DNA of 64,000 bases from the human T2T-CHM13v2.0 reference genome, Homo sapiens, in the NCBI RefSeq assembly GCF_009914755.1, contig NC_060927.1; one strand, written 5' to 3'. Made by a program: the position numbers and the translations under genes. The notes below the pieces were generated by a model, which had not been told where the DNA came from, made no database searches, and worked only from the letters and a program-made list of their open reading frames with translations. Positions 38,897-55,571 of the stretch are shown here, piece after piece. How positions within the stretch are numbered: position 1 is the stretch's first letter; every line of letters starts with the position of its first letter.

Positions 38897-39019
38897 GTGA
38901 GTCTTTAGAGGTGATCAGACTAAAATCTAAAATGTGATTAATTCTCTCTACTTGTTGGTTTACTGGATTAAAAAGAAAGCAATTAAAATATGATTAATGT
39001 TTGTGGTTATGAACTATTA

Positions 39020-39830
39020 ACAGCTTAAAGATACAATTTTCATATTATAAGCTTTACCATTTTAAAGTGTAGAGTTTAGTGGTTTTGAGTGTACTCACAT
39101 TTGTACAACCATTACTACTATCTAATTTCAAAATATTTTTATCACCCCAAAAAGAAACCCTGTACCATTTGCAGTCACTCCCCATTTCCCCCTTTCCTCA
39201 GCCCCAAGCAGCCGTTAATCTAATTACTGTCTCTGAATTTACTGTCTGGACATTACATATGAATGGAATCATAATATGCGGCTATTTGTCACTGGCTTTT
39301 TTTACTTAGTGTAATGCTTTCAAGCTTCATCCATATTTTAGCATATACTTATTTTTGTTTCATGTACTTCATGCCTTTTGTGGCTGAATAATATTCCATT
39401 CATTATATGAATATGCCACATTTTAAAAAATTCTTTATCAGTTGGTGGACATTTGGGTTCTTTTCTACTTTTTGGTTATTATATATAGTGCTTCTGTGAC
39501 CATTCATGTACAAATTTTTGTGTGGATATATGTTTTCAGTTACATTGGATATAATATTTAGGAATAGAATCACTGGGTTATATGGTATCTTAACTCTATA
39601 TTTAACCCTATACAAGACTGTTTTACAAAGTGGCTGCACTATTTTAAATTCCCACCGGCCACTTGTGAGGTTGTAATTTCTCCACATTGTTACCAACACT
39701 TGTTATTGTCTATCTTTAAAAAAAAATTAGCTATCTTAGGGGGTGTGAAGTGGTATCTTGTTACAGTTTTGATTTTTATTTTCCTAATGACTAAGGATGT
39801 ACATTGAGCATCTTTTCATATATGAGCTAT
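39020..39830 (-). mobile_element. L1MB-type LINE-1 3' region
   Basis: ATTTTTATCACCCCAAAAAGAAACCCTGTACC...TGGCTGAATAATATTCCATT...GTGAAGTGGTATCT. Confidence 0.8.
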
Positions 39831-41463
39831 TATTTTTATAGAATTGAAAGATTGGAATTAAGACAATAGAATCCATAACCTGGATAAACACTATTGCTTT
39901 CATTAGGGAAAATTTCATCATTAAAGTTCTTCAAAAAAAAAAAAAAAATACATGGCTGGGCGTGGTAGCTCACACCTGTAATCCCAGCACTTTGAGAGTC
40001 CAAGGCGGGTGGATCACCTGAGGTCAGGAGTTAGAGACCAGCCTGGCCAACATGGTGAAACCGTGTCTTTACTAAAAATACAAAAAATAGCTGGGCATGG
40101 TGGCACACAACTGTAATTCCAACTACTCAGGAGGTTGAGGCACGAGAATCACTTGAAACTGGGAGGCGGAGATTGCAGTGAGCCAAGATTACGCCACTGC
40201 ACTCCAGCCTGGGAGACAGAGCAAGACTCAAACTCAAAAATAAAAAAGCATACATTTATGATGTTTAAGCTTCACCATGTTCTGGTGAGAGACTTGGTGC
40301 CCAGTATGAGTATATCCTGGGTCTCATGTTTTTCTTTTATTTGTGCTTCTGGTTATCAAGGGATGACCCTTCTTACTTCCGTTTTCTGTCCCTTTGTTTT
40401 AAAAGGAGTATTTGCAGGAAACGTTGCCAATACCTTTTTGCCTGTGTACATTCTTGATGTTTAAAAAGAAAATAAACATCTGGCATTACTTTTTTCAATT
40501 TAAGTGTGTATTCATAAGGGATTTCAGTTGAATAACCTTAGCATTATACCGAAACATTGTGTAGTAAAATATTTATATTCAGTACTTGTAAAATTTGATT
40601 AAATATAATTTAATTTAGCAGATGCTTATGTGCTCTGCCCGGTTCTAAGGTACTCTGCTAGGTACTAAGGTGACAAAAACAAAAACGTTGCAGTCCTTGC
40701 TTTCAAGGATCTCATGTCTAGGAAGAGATAAATTGGGCAACATCTGGTCATGGACAAGGAGGAAAGAGGTGAAAGAGGTTAGGGAATGTTTCAAAGGAAT
40801 TTGGATGTTTGTTTTGGGCCTTGGAAGATGGTTAATAGTTTGACAAGTCAGACAAGGAGGGGTAGAGCAGGATAACCAGCCTGGCAGAGAATATCACAAA
40901 AGGTATGAGCTTAATGGTGTGCTGGAGACCTTTCTGGTAATGAAATGAACAGTACCAGAGAAATGCAGAGGAGAGCAGTGGGAGATGATGTTGGCAATAT
41001 GAGTGTGAGTGATAGCTTGAAGAACTTTGAATACTAGAAAGTTCAAATTTGATATGATTGGCAGTGTTCATAACAGAGAAAGTTTTAAGAAGTGGGTAGA
41101 TCTGTTCTGGGTTTTAGAAAGATATTCTGAGTTTTGCTTAAAGTAATATTCATGTTTTTTAAAACAAGCCCAGGCTGGCCACAGTGGAGACCCCCGTCTC
41201 TATGAAAAATTAAAATTGTAAATAAATAAAACCAGCTCATTATTACGTTCGACTGTGAGCTTCTCATGAGTAGAGCTTCCTGTCACCCACTCTAGACTAC
41301 TGAACCTCAGTCTCTAGGAGTGGGACCTGGGATTCTGCATTTTTTAAAGACAGGGTCTTGCTCTGCCACCTCAGGCTGGAGTATAGTAGTAGCACAATCA
41401 CGCCTCACTGCAGCCTTGATCTCCTGGGCTCAGGCAGTCTTCCCACCTCAGCTTCCTGAGTAG

Positions 41464-41658
<195 letters not shown>

Positions 41659-41751
41659 TAGGTAATTTAGATTAGCTCACTTGGAAATCACTGATTTAAA
41701 TTATGGTCAAAAATATTTAATTTTGATAAACTTTGTTTCATCACCCTACAG

Positions 41752-41838
41752 ACTGGTAATAACAACAACAAAGATGGATCTAATCATAAAGCTGAAAGTG
41801 GAGCTCTAATAGAAGCTGCAAAATCAAAGATACATCAG
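41752..41838 (+). CDS. CNOT10: CNOT10 exon 6 (TGNNNNKDG...KSKIHQ)
   Basis: ctacag| and |gtagta, 87 nt, phase 0-0. Confidence 0.95.
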
Positions 41839-42680
41839 GTAGTATAAATTTTAAAGGGGGGCAATACATCACATATATTTAATTGTAGTTATGACAAATG
41901 AAGCAATGAGATAGATCATTGGAAGCAGTCAATAATTCAAGGTGCATATATTTGTTTGTCTTTTGAAGTATTGTAGTTTAGAAGCACATTTATCCTAAAT
42001 ACATTTTTCTTAAGAGGATAATATAATTTATTTAAATTGCTCTATAAATAAAGTTTGAGAGAAATGGCACGGGAATGTACTGCATGATAAAATCAACTGG
42101 AATTTTAAAAAGTCATTGTTAGCCATGTGCAGAAGAGGATTGATAGGATTTTTGCCCGGAACTTGAGTATTTAAGTTTTTTGTTTGTTTTTTGAGACGGA
42201 GCCTCACTCTGTCACCCAAGCTGCAGTGCAATGGTGCGATCTCGGCTCGCTGCAACCTCTGCCTCCCAGTTTCAAGCGATTCTCCTGCCTCAGCCTTCCT
42301 GAGTAGCTGGGATTACTAGTGCGCATCACCACACCCGGATAATTTTTTGTATTTTTAGTAGAGACAGGGTTTCATCATGTTGGCCAGGCTGGTCTCAAAC
42401 TCCTGACCTCAGGTGATCCACCTGCCTCGGCCTCCAAAGTACTGGGATTACAGGCGTGAGCCACCACATCTGGCTAAGTTTTTATTCTACCGTGATTTTA
42501 GTATTTTGAAGTATATTCGAAGAGTACAGTGAAAATAGCATATTTTCTAAAATTGTAAACTTGATTTAGCAAGTAATTAGTGTAACTATGTTGTAAATAG
42601 ATTGGGTTTTCTTAACTAGAAAGTAAAACTGTATGTAAATCCACCATAGTTTTAACATACTAACATTTTCCCTTTGACAG

Positions 42681-42764
42681 TACAAAGTACGAGCTTATAT
42701 CCAAATGAAGTCTCTGAAAGCATGTAAAAGGGAAATCAAGTCAGTCATGAATACAGCTGGAAAT
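42681..42764 (+). CDS. CNOT10: CNOT10 exon 7 ([10 protein letters not shown]...MNTAGN)
   Basis: tgacag| and |gtaagt, 84 nt. Confidence 0.95.
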
Positions 42765-43829
42765 GTAAGTTTCTTCTGGACTTTTGTTTTTCAATTTATG
42801 TCTTTCTTATTTAGACTATGGGTATTGTCAGGTTTAAATAATTTATCTTAGTCTTTTACATATACTGCCAGATATGAACCTTGCTATTTTAAAGTTGGGA
42901 AGTAGTAATAATACTGTGTCTATAGTTTAATTTTTTTTTTTTTACTTAAAATTACAACAAGCACTTTTCTATTTTATGTAACCTTCAAAACCACCATTTT
43001 AAATAACTGCCTATTTTTCTGTGACTGGTTTATCACAACTCACTTAAACATTTTGCTAATATTAGACATTTAGGTTATTTTAGAATTTTTTAGTATTATA
43101 CTCAAAACATTTATGGCCAGGTGGTGACTCACCTGTAATCCCAGCACTTTAGGAGGCCAAGGTGGGCGGATCACCTGAGGTCAGGAGTTCAAGACCAGCC
43201 TGGTCAACATGATGAGACCCTGTCTCTACTAAAAATACAAAAATAAGCCGGGTGTGGTGGCGTGTGCCTGTAGTCCCAGCCACTAGGGAGGCTAAAGTGG
43301 GAGGATCACTTGAACCTGGGAAGCAGAAGTTGCAGTGAGCTGAGATCGTGTCATTTCACGCTAGCCTGGGCAACAGGGTGAGACCCTGTCAAAAAACATT
43401 TTTTAAATAAAAAAAAATTTATTAAAAATCTAACAGTCAAATTATAGCCAAAACCTGCCCCTTCCAAGTGACTTTTGGCTTGACAGTACCTTCGATTTAA
43501 CTGAGATAGAATTACTTCTTCCTTCCACTCCCTCCACCCTAATCTTTCATTGATAATTTTTAAGATGGTGTAGGAAAGAAACAGAATTGTGAACAATCTT
43601 GATGCTTCTAGAAAAACTATAAATTTAGAAGTATAAAGTCATGAGAAAATATGGTTAAAAATCTCAGGCAGGATCCAGATTAGTCACTGAGTTAGTTAAT
43701 ATGCTAGTGATTTTTGAGAACAATTGTGGCCTAGACCTGAGCCTAAGAGGGAAAGGCCCAGTTAGCCAGCCACCCATTATCAAACTTTTTTTTTTTTTTT
43801 TTTTTTTAATGATAAAAGACATAATTCCT

Positions 43830-44194
<365 letters not shown>

Positions 44195-44496
44195 TCATCC
44201 TAAATCGGCGAAAACTTCAGGAGGAATAGCTACCACTAAGAATAAGCACTGAAAGCCCTTGTTTCTTTAGTGACCAGAACTTTGGGGTGGGTGGGAGGCA
44301 GAGCAAAGGATAAACTAGGATTTAGAAGGAAAGCCTGTTGCTAAATTAAGTGAATAAATAGGCCAGGCGTGATGGCTCATGCCTGTAATTGCAGCACTTT
44401 GGAAGGCTGAGACAGGCAGATCACCTGAGGTCAGGAGTTTGAGACCAACCTTGCCAACATGGGGAAGCCCCATCTCTACTAAAAATAAAAAAATTA

Positions 44497-44953
<457 letters not shown>

Positions 44954-45641
44954 TCAATCACTCAATCAGGATTCCAGATGTCCTCCTGGATGGATGTTGA
45001 GTCTCCAGAGCTCTCTGCATGCTTTCGTACTCTAAACAGGTAGTACTATCTAGGGTCCTCCACCAGGAGGATTCTTAGGAGAAGTGAAAGGTGATCTACC
45101 ATTCAAAACGTGATCTTTGGAACAGCAAGATTAGTGCTTGCAAATAAGGCATTCTGTTGAAAATTCTTCTATTTGTAGAATGGCACTTTTTTTTTCCTAT
45201 TTGGAAAAGTATTTGATTATTTATATCTCTGTAGGTTCTAATGAAAGGTGCATTTGTATCCTAAAAAGTAAGAAAGATCACCAGTCTCTCTAATAACTAT
45301 TAAAATGAAGGACATAGATTGTGTTGTCAAATTGGTTTTCAGTTAGTAGTGTAGTAGATGAACACAATCAGTTGATAATCTACAGACTGTATTCTTATAC
45401 ATATACCTATATTTATTTTTTCAGGTGGACCCTTAGTAATTATTTTTACAAAGTGCTCTCTGACAAGTTTCAATTTTTTTGATTGTGAGAGCAATGAAAA
45501 ATTTAGAGACTATATAGTTTTTTGTGACTGACTTAATTGATTCATTTATGGTTTTGAACACGTCAGTACAACAGTATAATTAAGATCTTACATTAGGCGT
45601 CTGAAAACAAATTATAAGTAACTTTTATATTTTCTCTACAG

Positions 45642-45759
45642 TCCGCACCCTCTCTCTTTCTTAAAAGCAATTTTGAGTACTTAAGAGGTAATTATCGAAA
45701 AGCCGTGAAGCTATTAAATAGTTCAAACATTGCTGAGCATCCAGGATTCATGAAAACAG
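45642..45759 (+). CDS. CNOT10: CNOT10 exon 8 ([18 protein letters not shown]...GFMKT)
   Basis: ctacag| and |gtaaaa, 118 nt. Confidence 0.95.
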
Positions 45760-46071
45760 GTAAAAGAAAATTGTGAAATTTTAACTTTTTTTTGCCTTGC
45801 TCTTCTACCCCTTCTTGCTTGTCCACCTCCCAACACCCAGTCTTTTGAGTGATTTATGCTAATTTTTTAATGAAAATGTTTTAATATTTCTGGTGCAAAA
45901 ATTTCCAGGAATTCTTGTTTCTACTTTAGAAGAAACCTCATTACTTCTTGCTTTCACTTTGCTTTCTTTCTTTTTTTTACTTTTCCAGGTTGGATCGCTT
46001 TCCTCCCCTCCCCCACCTTTTTTATTTTTATTTTATTTTATTTTATTTTTTTGGAAATAGGGTCTTGCTGA

Positions 46072-46316
<245 letters not shown>

Positions 46317-46344
46317 TAGCTTGTCTTTTTTCTTTAACCTGACT

Positions 46345-46590
46345 TGCCTGCCCTCCCTCCCTCCCTTCCTCCCTTCCTCCCTTCCTCCCTTCCCTCCTTC
46401 CTTCTTTCTTTTCCTTCTTTTCCTTCCTTCCTTCCTTCCTTCCTTCCTTCCTTCCTTCCTTCCCTTCTTCCCTTCCTTCCCTTCCCTCCCTTCCCTCCTT
46501 TCCTTCCCTTCCTTCTCTTCCCTTCCTTCTGTTCCCTTCCCTCCCTCTCTTCCTTCCTTCCCTTCCTTCCCTTCCTTTCTTTCCTTTCTT
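46345..46590 (+). repeat. (CCTT)n/(CCCT)n polypyrimidine low-complexity tract
   Basis: ~240 nt almost purely C/T, between two antisense Alus. Confidence 0.95.
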
Positions 46591-47153
46591 TTTTTTTTTT
46601 TTTTTTTTGACAGAGTCTTGCTCTGTTGCCTGAGCTGGAGTGCAGTGGCACCATCTTGGCTCACTACAGCCTCCACCTCCCTCCCGGGTTCAAGCAATTC
46701 TCCCACCTCAGCCTCCTGAGTAGCTGGGACTACAGGCACGCACCACCATGCTCAGCTAATTTTTGTATTTTTTGGTAGAGACAAGGTTTCCATGTTGCCT
46801 AGGCTGTATCGAACTCCTGACCTCAAGTGACCCGCCCACCTCAGCATCTCAAAGTGCTGGGATTACAAGTGTGAGCCACCGCACCTGGCCCTTTCATTTG
46901 TTTTTGTAAGATCCTTGGACTTTTGCTTTGTGAAGTGAGACCTAATTTTTCTTTCATCTTTTTTTTTTTTTTTTTTTTTTTTTTAGTGAATTACCATCTA
47001 TACCAGAAAAGTGAGGCCTTTTAAGTAAATAATATGTTTTTACTTTTTTCTGCCATAAAGCCAGTTAATAATATAATTTTTTTCAGTAACTTGCCCAATT
47101 AATATGACTTCTTTAGATCATTACCTAGATCAAAAATCTTTCTATAATGCTAG

Positions 47154-47481
<328 letters not shown>

Positions 47482-49722
47482 TATTACATATTCTTGCCTC
47501 TATTTAGACTAAAAAGTCTTACAAATCCTTTGATACTAATGATAATATGAAAGTAAAAATTGTGACTGTCATTTAGGTTTATATCATCAGTATTTGATGG
47601 GGCAGGAGAAGGAAAATCACTTATTCGAGAAATGAGGATAAACTATTGAAAATGTATATTTTGCCTCAAGTTTAAAATGCAAACAATTAATATGTATTTT
47701 GGTATGTTTTGTCTTGTTTTTTTTGGATTCTACCCAGATACACGCACAGAATACACATGCAAACATACTGAGACCTTCCCCTATTTACCCTTTCAGTTCA
47801 CAGGAGTGATGGAGGATGGAGAAAGGCACTTTTTCCTTATAATTCTCTTGTGGGTATTATTTCTGTTCTAAATACCCATTTCTAATTCTGCTCAATTTTA
47901 GTGTTTTGTTTTCATTGTCATAGTTTCTCCTCAGAGGTCCACTAACACACAACATGCAATGATCCCTCAAACTAAAAAGATAATATACTTTGAGAAAATT
48001 TTGCTTAGGATTTTCTTCATGTAGGTGTCAGTATTGACATTGTCAATCTTTAAAATGAAGGCAGGAGCTGGAAGTGGTGGCTCATGCCTGTAATCCTAAT
48101 GCTTTGGGAGGCCAAGGCAGGAGGACCAGGAGTTCGAGGTTCCAGTGAATCATGATCATGCCACTGCACTCCAGCCTGGGCAACAGAACAAGGCCTTGTC
48201 TCTAAAAATAAATTAATAAATAAAGATGGCCAGGCGTGGTGGCTCACACCTATAATCAATCCCAGCACATTGGGAGACTGAGGCCAACGGATCACTTGAG
48301 GTCAGGAGTTCAAGACCAGGCTGGCCAACATGGAGAAACCCCGTCTCTACACAAAATACAAAAATTAGCCAGGCGTGATGGCATGCGCCTGTATTCCCAG
48401 CTACTTAGGATCCCAAAGTGCTGGAATTGTAGGTGTGAGCCACCGAGCTCAGTCTAGTTTTCCTCTTTTAAATATTGTCATTGCTTAATTTAAAAATATG
48501 TCAGAAGATTACCTTTAGATTTTAAGTGCTAAACAATAAATATCCTGATTATTAATTTTGTCATTCTAGTCAGGCATTTTATGTCATTAAGGGCCATTGT
48601 TTTGGAATGTTTGGGTAGCTATTTAGAAAAACAATATTAAAGGCCGGGCACGGTGGCTCACACCTGTAATCTCAGCACTTTGGGAGGCTGAGGCGGGCAG
48701 ATCACAAGGCCAGGAGATAAAGACCATCCTGACTAACACGGTGAAACCCCGTCTCTACTAAAAATACAAAAAATTAGCCAGGTGTGGTGGCGGGCGCCTG
48801 TAGTCCCAGCTACTCAGGAGGCTGAGCAGGAGAATGGCATGAACCCGGGAGGCAGAGGTTGCAGTGAGCTGAAATTGCGCCACTGCACTCCAGCCTGGGC
48901 GACAGAGTGAGACTCCGTCTCAAAAAAAAAAAAAAGAAAAGAGAATATTAAAGCTTAGATTACTTTCATTACGCCAAAATAAAATTCAGAGAGATGAAGG
49001 ATTAACATTTAAAAATAAATAAAAGCAGTAAGATAAAACTTGGATGAATATTTTAATTTTGTGATGGAGAAGGCTTGAGTAAACATTTTCCAAAATCTAA
49101 GTACCATAGAATTTAGAAAACATGGCTAAATTTGATCACATTAAAATGTTAAACATTTTATGATTCAAAATGTAAACACACATACACATACTGAACCAAG
49201 TCACGAAACAAATGACAAACAGAGGTGGGCAGGAATATTTGAAACAGATGTGACAGAAGGTTTCTATAACATATAAAACAACTAGTAACCAACAGAAAAA
49301 ACATCTGTAACCAAATAAAGCAATAGATCAGCCAGGAACGGTGCTCACACTTGTAATCTCAGCACTTTGGGAGGTCGAGGCAGGAGGATCACTTGATTCC
49401 AGGAGTTTGCGACCAGCCTGAGCAACACAGGGACCCTGTCTCTGCAAAAAAATTAAAAAATTAGCTGGGCATGGTGGCCCGTGCCTGTAGTCCCAGCTAC
49501 TCAGGAGGCTGAGGCATGAGGATTGCTTGAGCCCAGGAGGTCGATGCTGCAGTGAGCCCTAATTATGCCACTGCACTGTAGGCTGGGCGATGGAATGAGA
49601 CCCTGTCTCAGAGAAAGAAAAAAATTAATACGGGTGAAAGACAAGAGGCAACACAGGCTGAAAAATACAAATTCCCAAACATGAAAAGATGCTTAGCTGC
49701 AGTGGTATTTAAAGAAGTGTGA

Positions 49723-50148
<426 letters not shown>

Positions 50149-50494
50149 TAGCGAGGATGGTCTCCATCTCCTGACCTCGTGATCCGCCCACCTCGGCCTC
50201 CCAAAGTGCTGGGATTACAGGCGTGAGCCACTGCGCCCAGCCCAATGCCTGGCTAATTTTTGTGTTTTTAGTGGAGGTGGGGTTTCACCATGTTGGCCAG
50301 GCTAGTCTCGAACTCCTGACCTCAAGTGATCCACCCGCCTCAGCCTCCCAAAGTGCTGGGATTACAGGCATGAGCCATCGTACCCAGCCTCACTCTGTTC
50401 TTTTCTATATATTCTTGCTATTCACTTAATATGCTTTGGTTGTTTCCATGCATACTTGCTTCCTTGTTTCTAATTTCTACATAATATTTCATTA

Positions 50495-50764
<270 letters not shown>

Positions 50765-50980
50765 TTAAAATAATTTGTATCACCTTTAATAAAAGAGATT
50801 TTAAAAGGAGTTTTAAAATTTTTCAGATATTTCCTAAATTTCAAATGCCTTGTGAACTGTTCTTTAGGGAGTAAGTGGAATGGTAACAGTGTTAACTCGT
50901 GCAAGATGAGCCCAATTCTTGTCTGAGGGACATCAACATTAAAATTTTTCTGTGGACAAATTTATTTGCATTTTTTTCAG

Positions 50981-51130
50981 GTGAATGCTTGAGATGCATG
51001 TTCTGGAATAACCTTGGTTGCATCCATTTTGCCATGAGCAAGCACAATTTGGGAATATTCTACTTTAAAAAGGCTCTGCAAGAGAATGACAATGTCTGTG
51101 CACAGCTCAGTGCAGGTAGCACTGATCCAG
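50981..51130 (+). CDS. CNOT10: CNOT10 exon 9 ([17 protein letters not shown]...GSTDP), TPR motif
   Basis: tttcag| and |gtaagc, 150 nt, phase 1-1; NNLG...YFKKAL resembles the TPR consensus. Confidence 0.96.
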
Positions 51131-52220
51131 GTAAGCCCAGTACTGGGGGACAGTTTGTATTTACTACTTCAGAAAAGCATGATTTAAAAAGCATGAATGT
51201 GGTTAAAATACCCACCATGTAGACTTACATATAGTTAACTCTGATCTTACCCAACAAGTTTGGCTCTGGGGATTTTTAGTAGATATTGCTACTTTGAAGA
51301 GCAATAACAAGGTGTTAAGAGTAATTTTGAATTATCCAGAAATTTAAGTTGCATTCCATTTTTCATTGATTTGAAAATGAGTAATTCCCTGTGGTAATGT
51401 TATATACCAGAATGTTTGATTAGTCACAACATGACTGTGCCAAACTAGGTTTATTATAGTTTTGTTTTGTTTTGTTTTGTTTTGTTTTGAGACAGAGTCT
51501 AGCTCTATCACCCAGGCTGGAGTGCAATGGTGTGATTTCAGCTCATTTCAACTTCTGCCTCCTGGGCTCAAGTGACCCTCCCACTTCAGCCTCCTGAGTA
51601 GCTGGAACTACAGACACATGCCACTGTACCTGGCTAATTTTTGTGTTTTTTGTAAAGATAGGGTTTCACCATGTTGCCCAGGCTGGTCTGGAACTCCTGG
51701 CTTAAGTGATCCTCCCACCTCAGTCTTCCAAGGTGCTGGAATTACAAGCATAAGCCACTGTGCCCGGCTTGTTATAGATTCTTTGCAGAGTTTTACATGT
51801 GATACTACTGGCAGCATCTGACGGTCTTTAAGCAAATTCCTGACATTTATCCTTTAATATTCATTATCATATGGATCCTTGATCTGAAATGCCTAAAATC
51901 AAACAATTATTTAGCTTTTAAAAATAATAACCTATTTAGGCCAGGGGCGGTGGCTCACGCCTGTAATCCCAGCACTTAGGGAGGCCGAGGTGGGCAGATC
52001 ACGAGGTCAGGAGATCGAGACCATCCTGGCTAGCACAGTGAAACCCTGTCTCTACTAAAAATACAAAAAAAATTAGCCGAGCATGGTGGCAGGCGCCTGT
52101 AGCCCCAGCTACTTGGGAGACAGAAGCAGGATAATGGCGTGTACCCAGGAGGCGGAGCTTGCCGTGAGCCGAGATCATGCCACTGCACTCCAGCCTGGGT
52201 GACAGAGCGAGACTCTGTCC

Positions 52221-52250
<30 letters not shown>
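52221..52250 (+). repeat. (ATA)10 microsatellite in an AluY tail
   Basis: ataataata... at the 3' end of Alu ~51939-52220. Confidence 0.9.
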
Positions 52251-52252
<2 letters not shown>

Positions 52253-52323
52253 CTATTTAATTGATGGCAAATGTATTATAAATCAAGGTAGACCGAAACA
52301 TTGAATAGGTTTTATTGTCATGA

Positions 52324-52599
<276 letters not shown>

Positions 52600-53185
52600 T
52601 GATCTGCCCGCCTTGGCCTCCCAAAGTGCTGGGATTACAGGCGTGAGCCACTGTGCCCAGCTGAAAATTTTAAAAAGTGGAAACTTTATATAGACTCTAA
52701 AAATGTTGGCTAGGAAAGATGGCTCATGCCTGTAATCCCAACATTTAGGGGAGGCCAAGGTGGATCACTTGAGTCCAGGAGTTCAAGACCAGCCTGGGCA
52801 ACATAGTGGGACCCCCCCATCTCTACAAAAATAAAAATAAAAAATAAAAGAGAATAAAGTAAAAATGTAGAAAAGTAGTATAAGGTGCAAAGGAGTGAGA
52901 GCGGGTCCCATCACTTATCTTTGCCTTCCTGGAACGTTGTTGCCTGAGGAGCTGGCAAATGAGAAGAGACATCTCTGGCTCTGCTAGCATAGACAACTAA
53001 GATGACTCTGGAGAATATTTGTGGGGTTGAGAATGGAGACCACCATTGGCGAGAGCTATTAAAACTCAGATCAGGATTATTGGTGTTAAACATGGTAGTG
53101 TCTAAGTACTTAATGGAGTAAATGTTTTCAAGGTTACTATTACTGTAAATCTAATGATGTATTCTTATCTAATTTTTATCACTAG

Positions 53186-53388
53186 GTAAAAAATTTTCAG
53201 GAAGACCCATGTGTACGTTACTAACCAATAAGAGATATGAGTTGCTGTATAACTGTGGAATTCAGCTTCTTCACATTGGAAGGCCTCTTGCTGCCTTCGA
53301 ATGTCTGATTGAAGCTGTTCAGGTTTATCATGCAAATCCTCGCCTCTGGCTACGGCTGGCTGAATGCTGCATTGCTGCCAATAAGGGG
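53186..53388 (+). CDS. CNOT10: CNOT10 exon 10 ([10 protein letters not shown]...CIAANKG), TPR motifs
   Basis: actag| and |gtgagt, 203 nt; overlaps ORF 53209..53415. Confidence 0.96.
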
Positions 53389-53453
53389 GTGAGTGCTACT
53401 TGGGTATCTTTTTAAACCCTGTCTTCTCCCCACTTACTACATGGAATGGTTAA

Positions 53454-53680
<227 letters not shown>

Positions 53681-54444
53681 TAGTAGAGACGAGGTTTCAC
53701 CATGTTGCCCAGGCTGGTCTTGAACTCCCGACCTTATGTGATCTAGCCACCTCAGCCTCCCGAAGTGCTGGGATTACAGGCGTGAAATGTATAGTCTTCT
53801 CTTCTTAACCACTGGGGGAAATTAGTTTCAAAAAGTCATTTGTTGGCCGTGCGCAATGGCTCACGCCTGTAATCCAAGCACTTTAGGAGGCTGAGGCGGG
53901 TGGATCACTTGAGCTCAGGAGTCCAAGACCAGTCTGGACAACATAGTGAGACCTCCATCTCTACAAAAAATTACTGGGTGTGGCAGTGAGCGCCTGTAGT
54001 CCCAGCTATTCAAGAGGCTGAAGCGGGAAGATCGTTTGAGCCTGGGAGGTGGAGGTTGGAGTGAGACCAGATAGAGCCACTGCACTCCACCTTAGGCAAC
54101 AGAGCGAGACCCTGTCTCAAAAAAAATAAAAATAAAAATTTAAAAAGTCATTTGTTAACATTCTCATTCTTGGTAAGTAAGTATGGCAACATTAAAGAGT
54201 TGAAGCCAGTGAGAAAGTCATGTATGTTGGAACAGTGGTCTGCTAGCTGCTCCAGGGGTCAGGATACATGCATCTGCTGGCGTAAGAATAGTGTGTAGCC
54301 TGGTGATTAGAAAAGGTCTGATAACAGCCAGGTGCGGTGGTCACGCCTGTAATCCCAGCACTTTGGGAGGCCGAGGCGGGTGGATCACGAGGTCAGGAGA
54401 TCGAGACCATCCTGGCTAACACAGTGAAACCCCCGTCTCTACTA

Positions 54445-54597
<153 letters not shown>

Positions 54598-55233
54598 TCA
54601 AAAAAAAGTTCTGATAACATAATGTGGAAAGAGCTGCATTAAGCTGGATTTCCTTCAATGCCTGAGGGTTTTACTTTGGTTTCAGTAAATGATACAGAGT
54701 TTATGGATTACCAGGCTGTTTCTCTCTGACACATGATTGCCCATGGTAGCTATGGGAATAGGCCAGTTTACATTGATTTCCATGCTTAGATAATCTCTAA
54801 ATGGCAATTGGTGGAAGCCTTTTGAATTTCAATTTGGGAGGGATCAGTAGGAGATAGGGGAAAGACGGGTTGTGTCAGAATTACCAGATATGTGTGTCTT
54901 CCATTTGCTACCCCATGCCCTGCCCTTGCTGTGCTTTTTGGGTGTGTATAGACATTGGGAAGGTATGGTACCTGGAGGTTTTACCTTGCATGCCTACCAT
55001 AGGTGATATAAGATGTTGAGGCTCTCCTCCCGCTGAACAGCAGTTTCTGAGAAGTACAAGAACTAAGGGGATTAAAGAAGTGTGTTTGCTAGTTTTCATA
55101 CATGGTACTTAGGTAGTTTGTGATTTGAGTATACCAACAGAGGAAGAGATGAGTGATTTGTCTTTGAAAGACTTTAATGATTTAATTATACTTTGCTTTT
55201 TAAAAGACAACTTTCTTATTGGTTAATTCTTAA

Positions 55234-55571
<338 letters not shown>

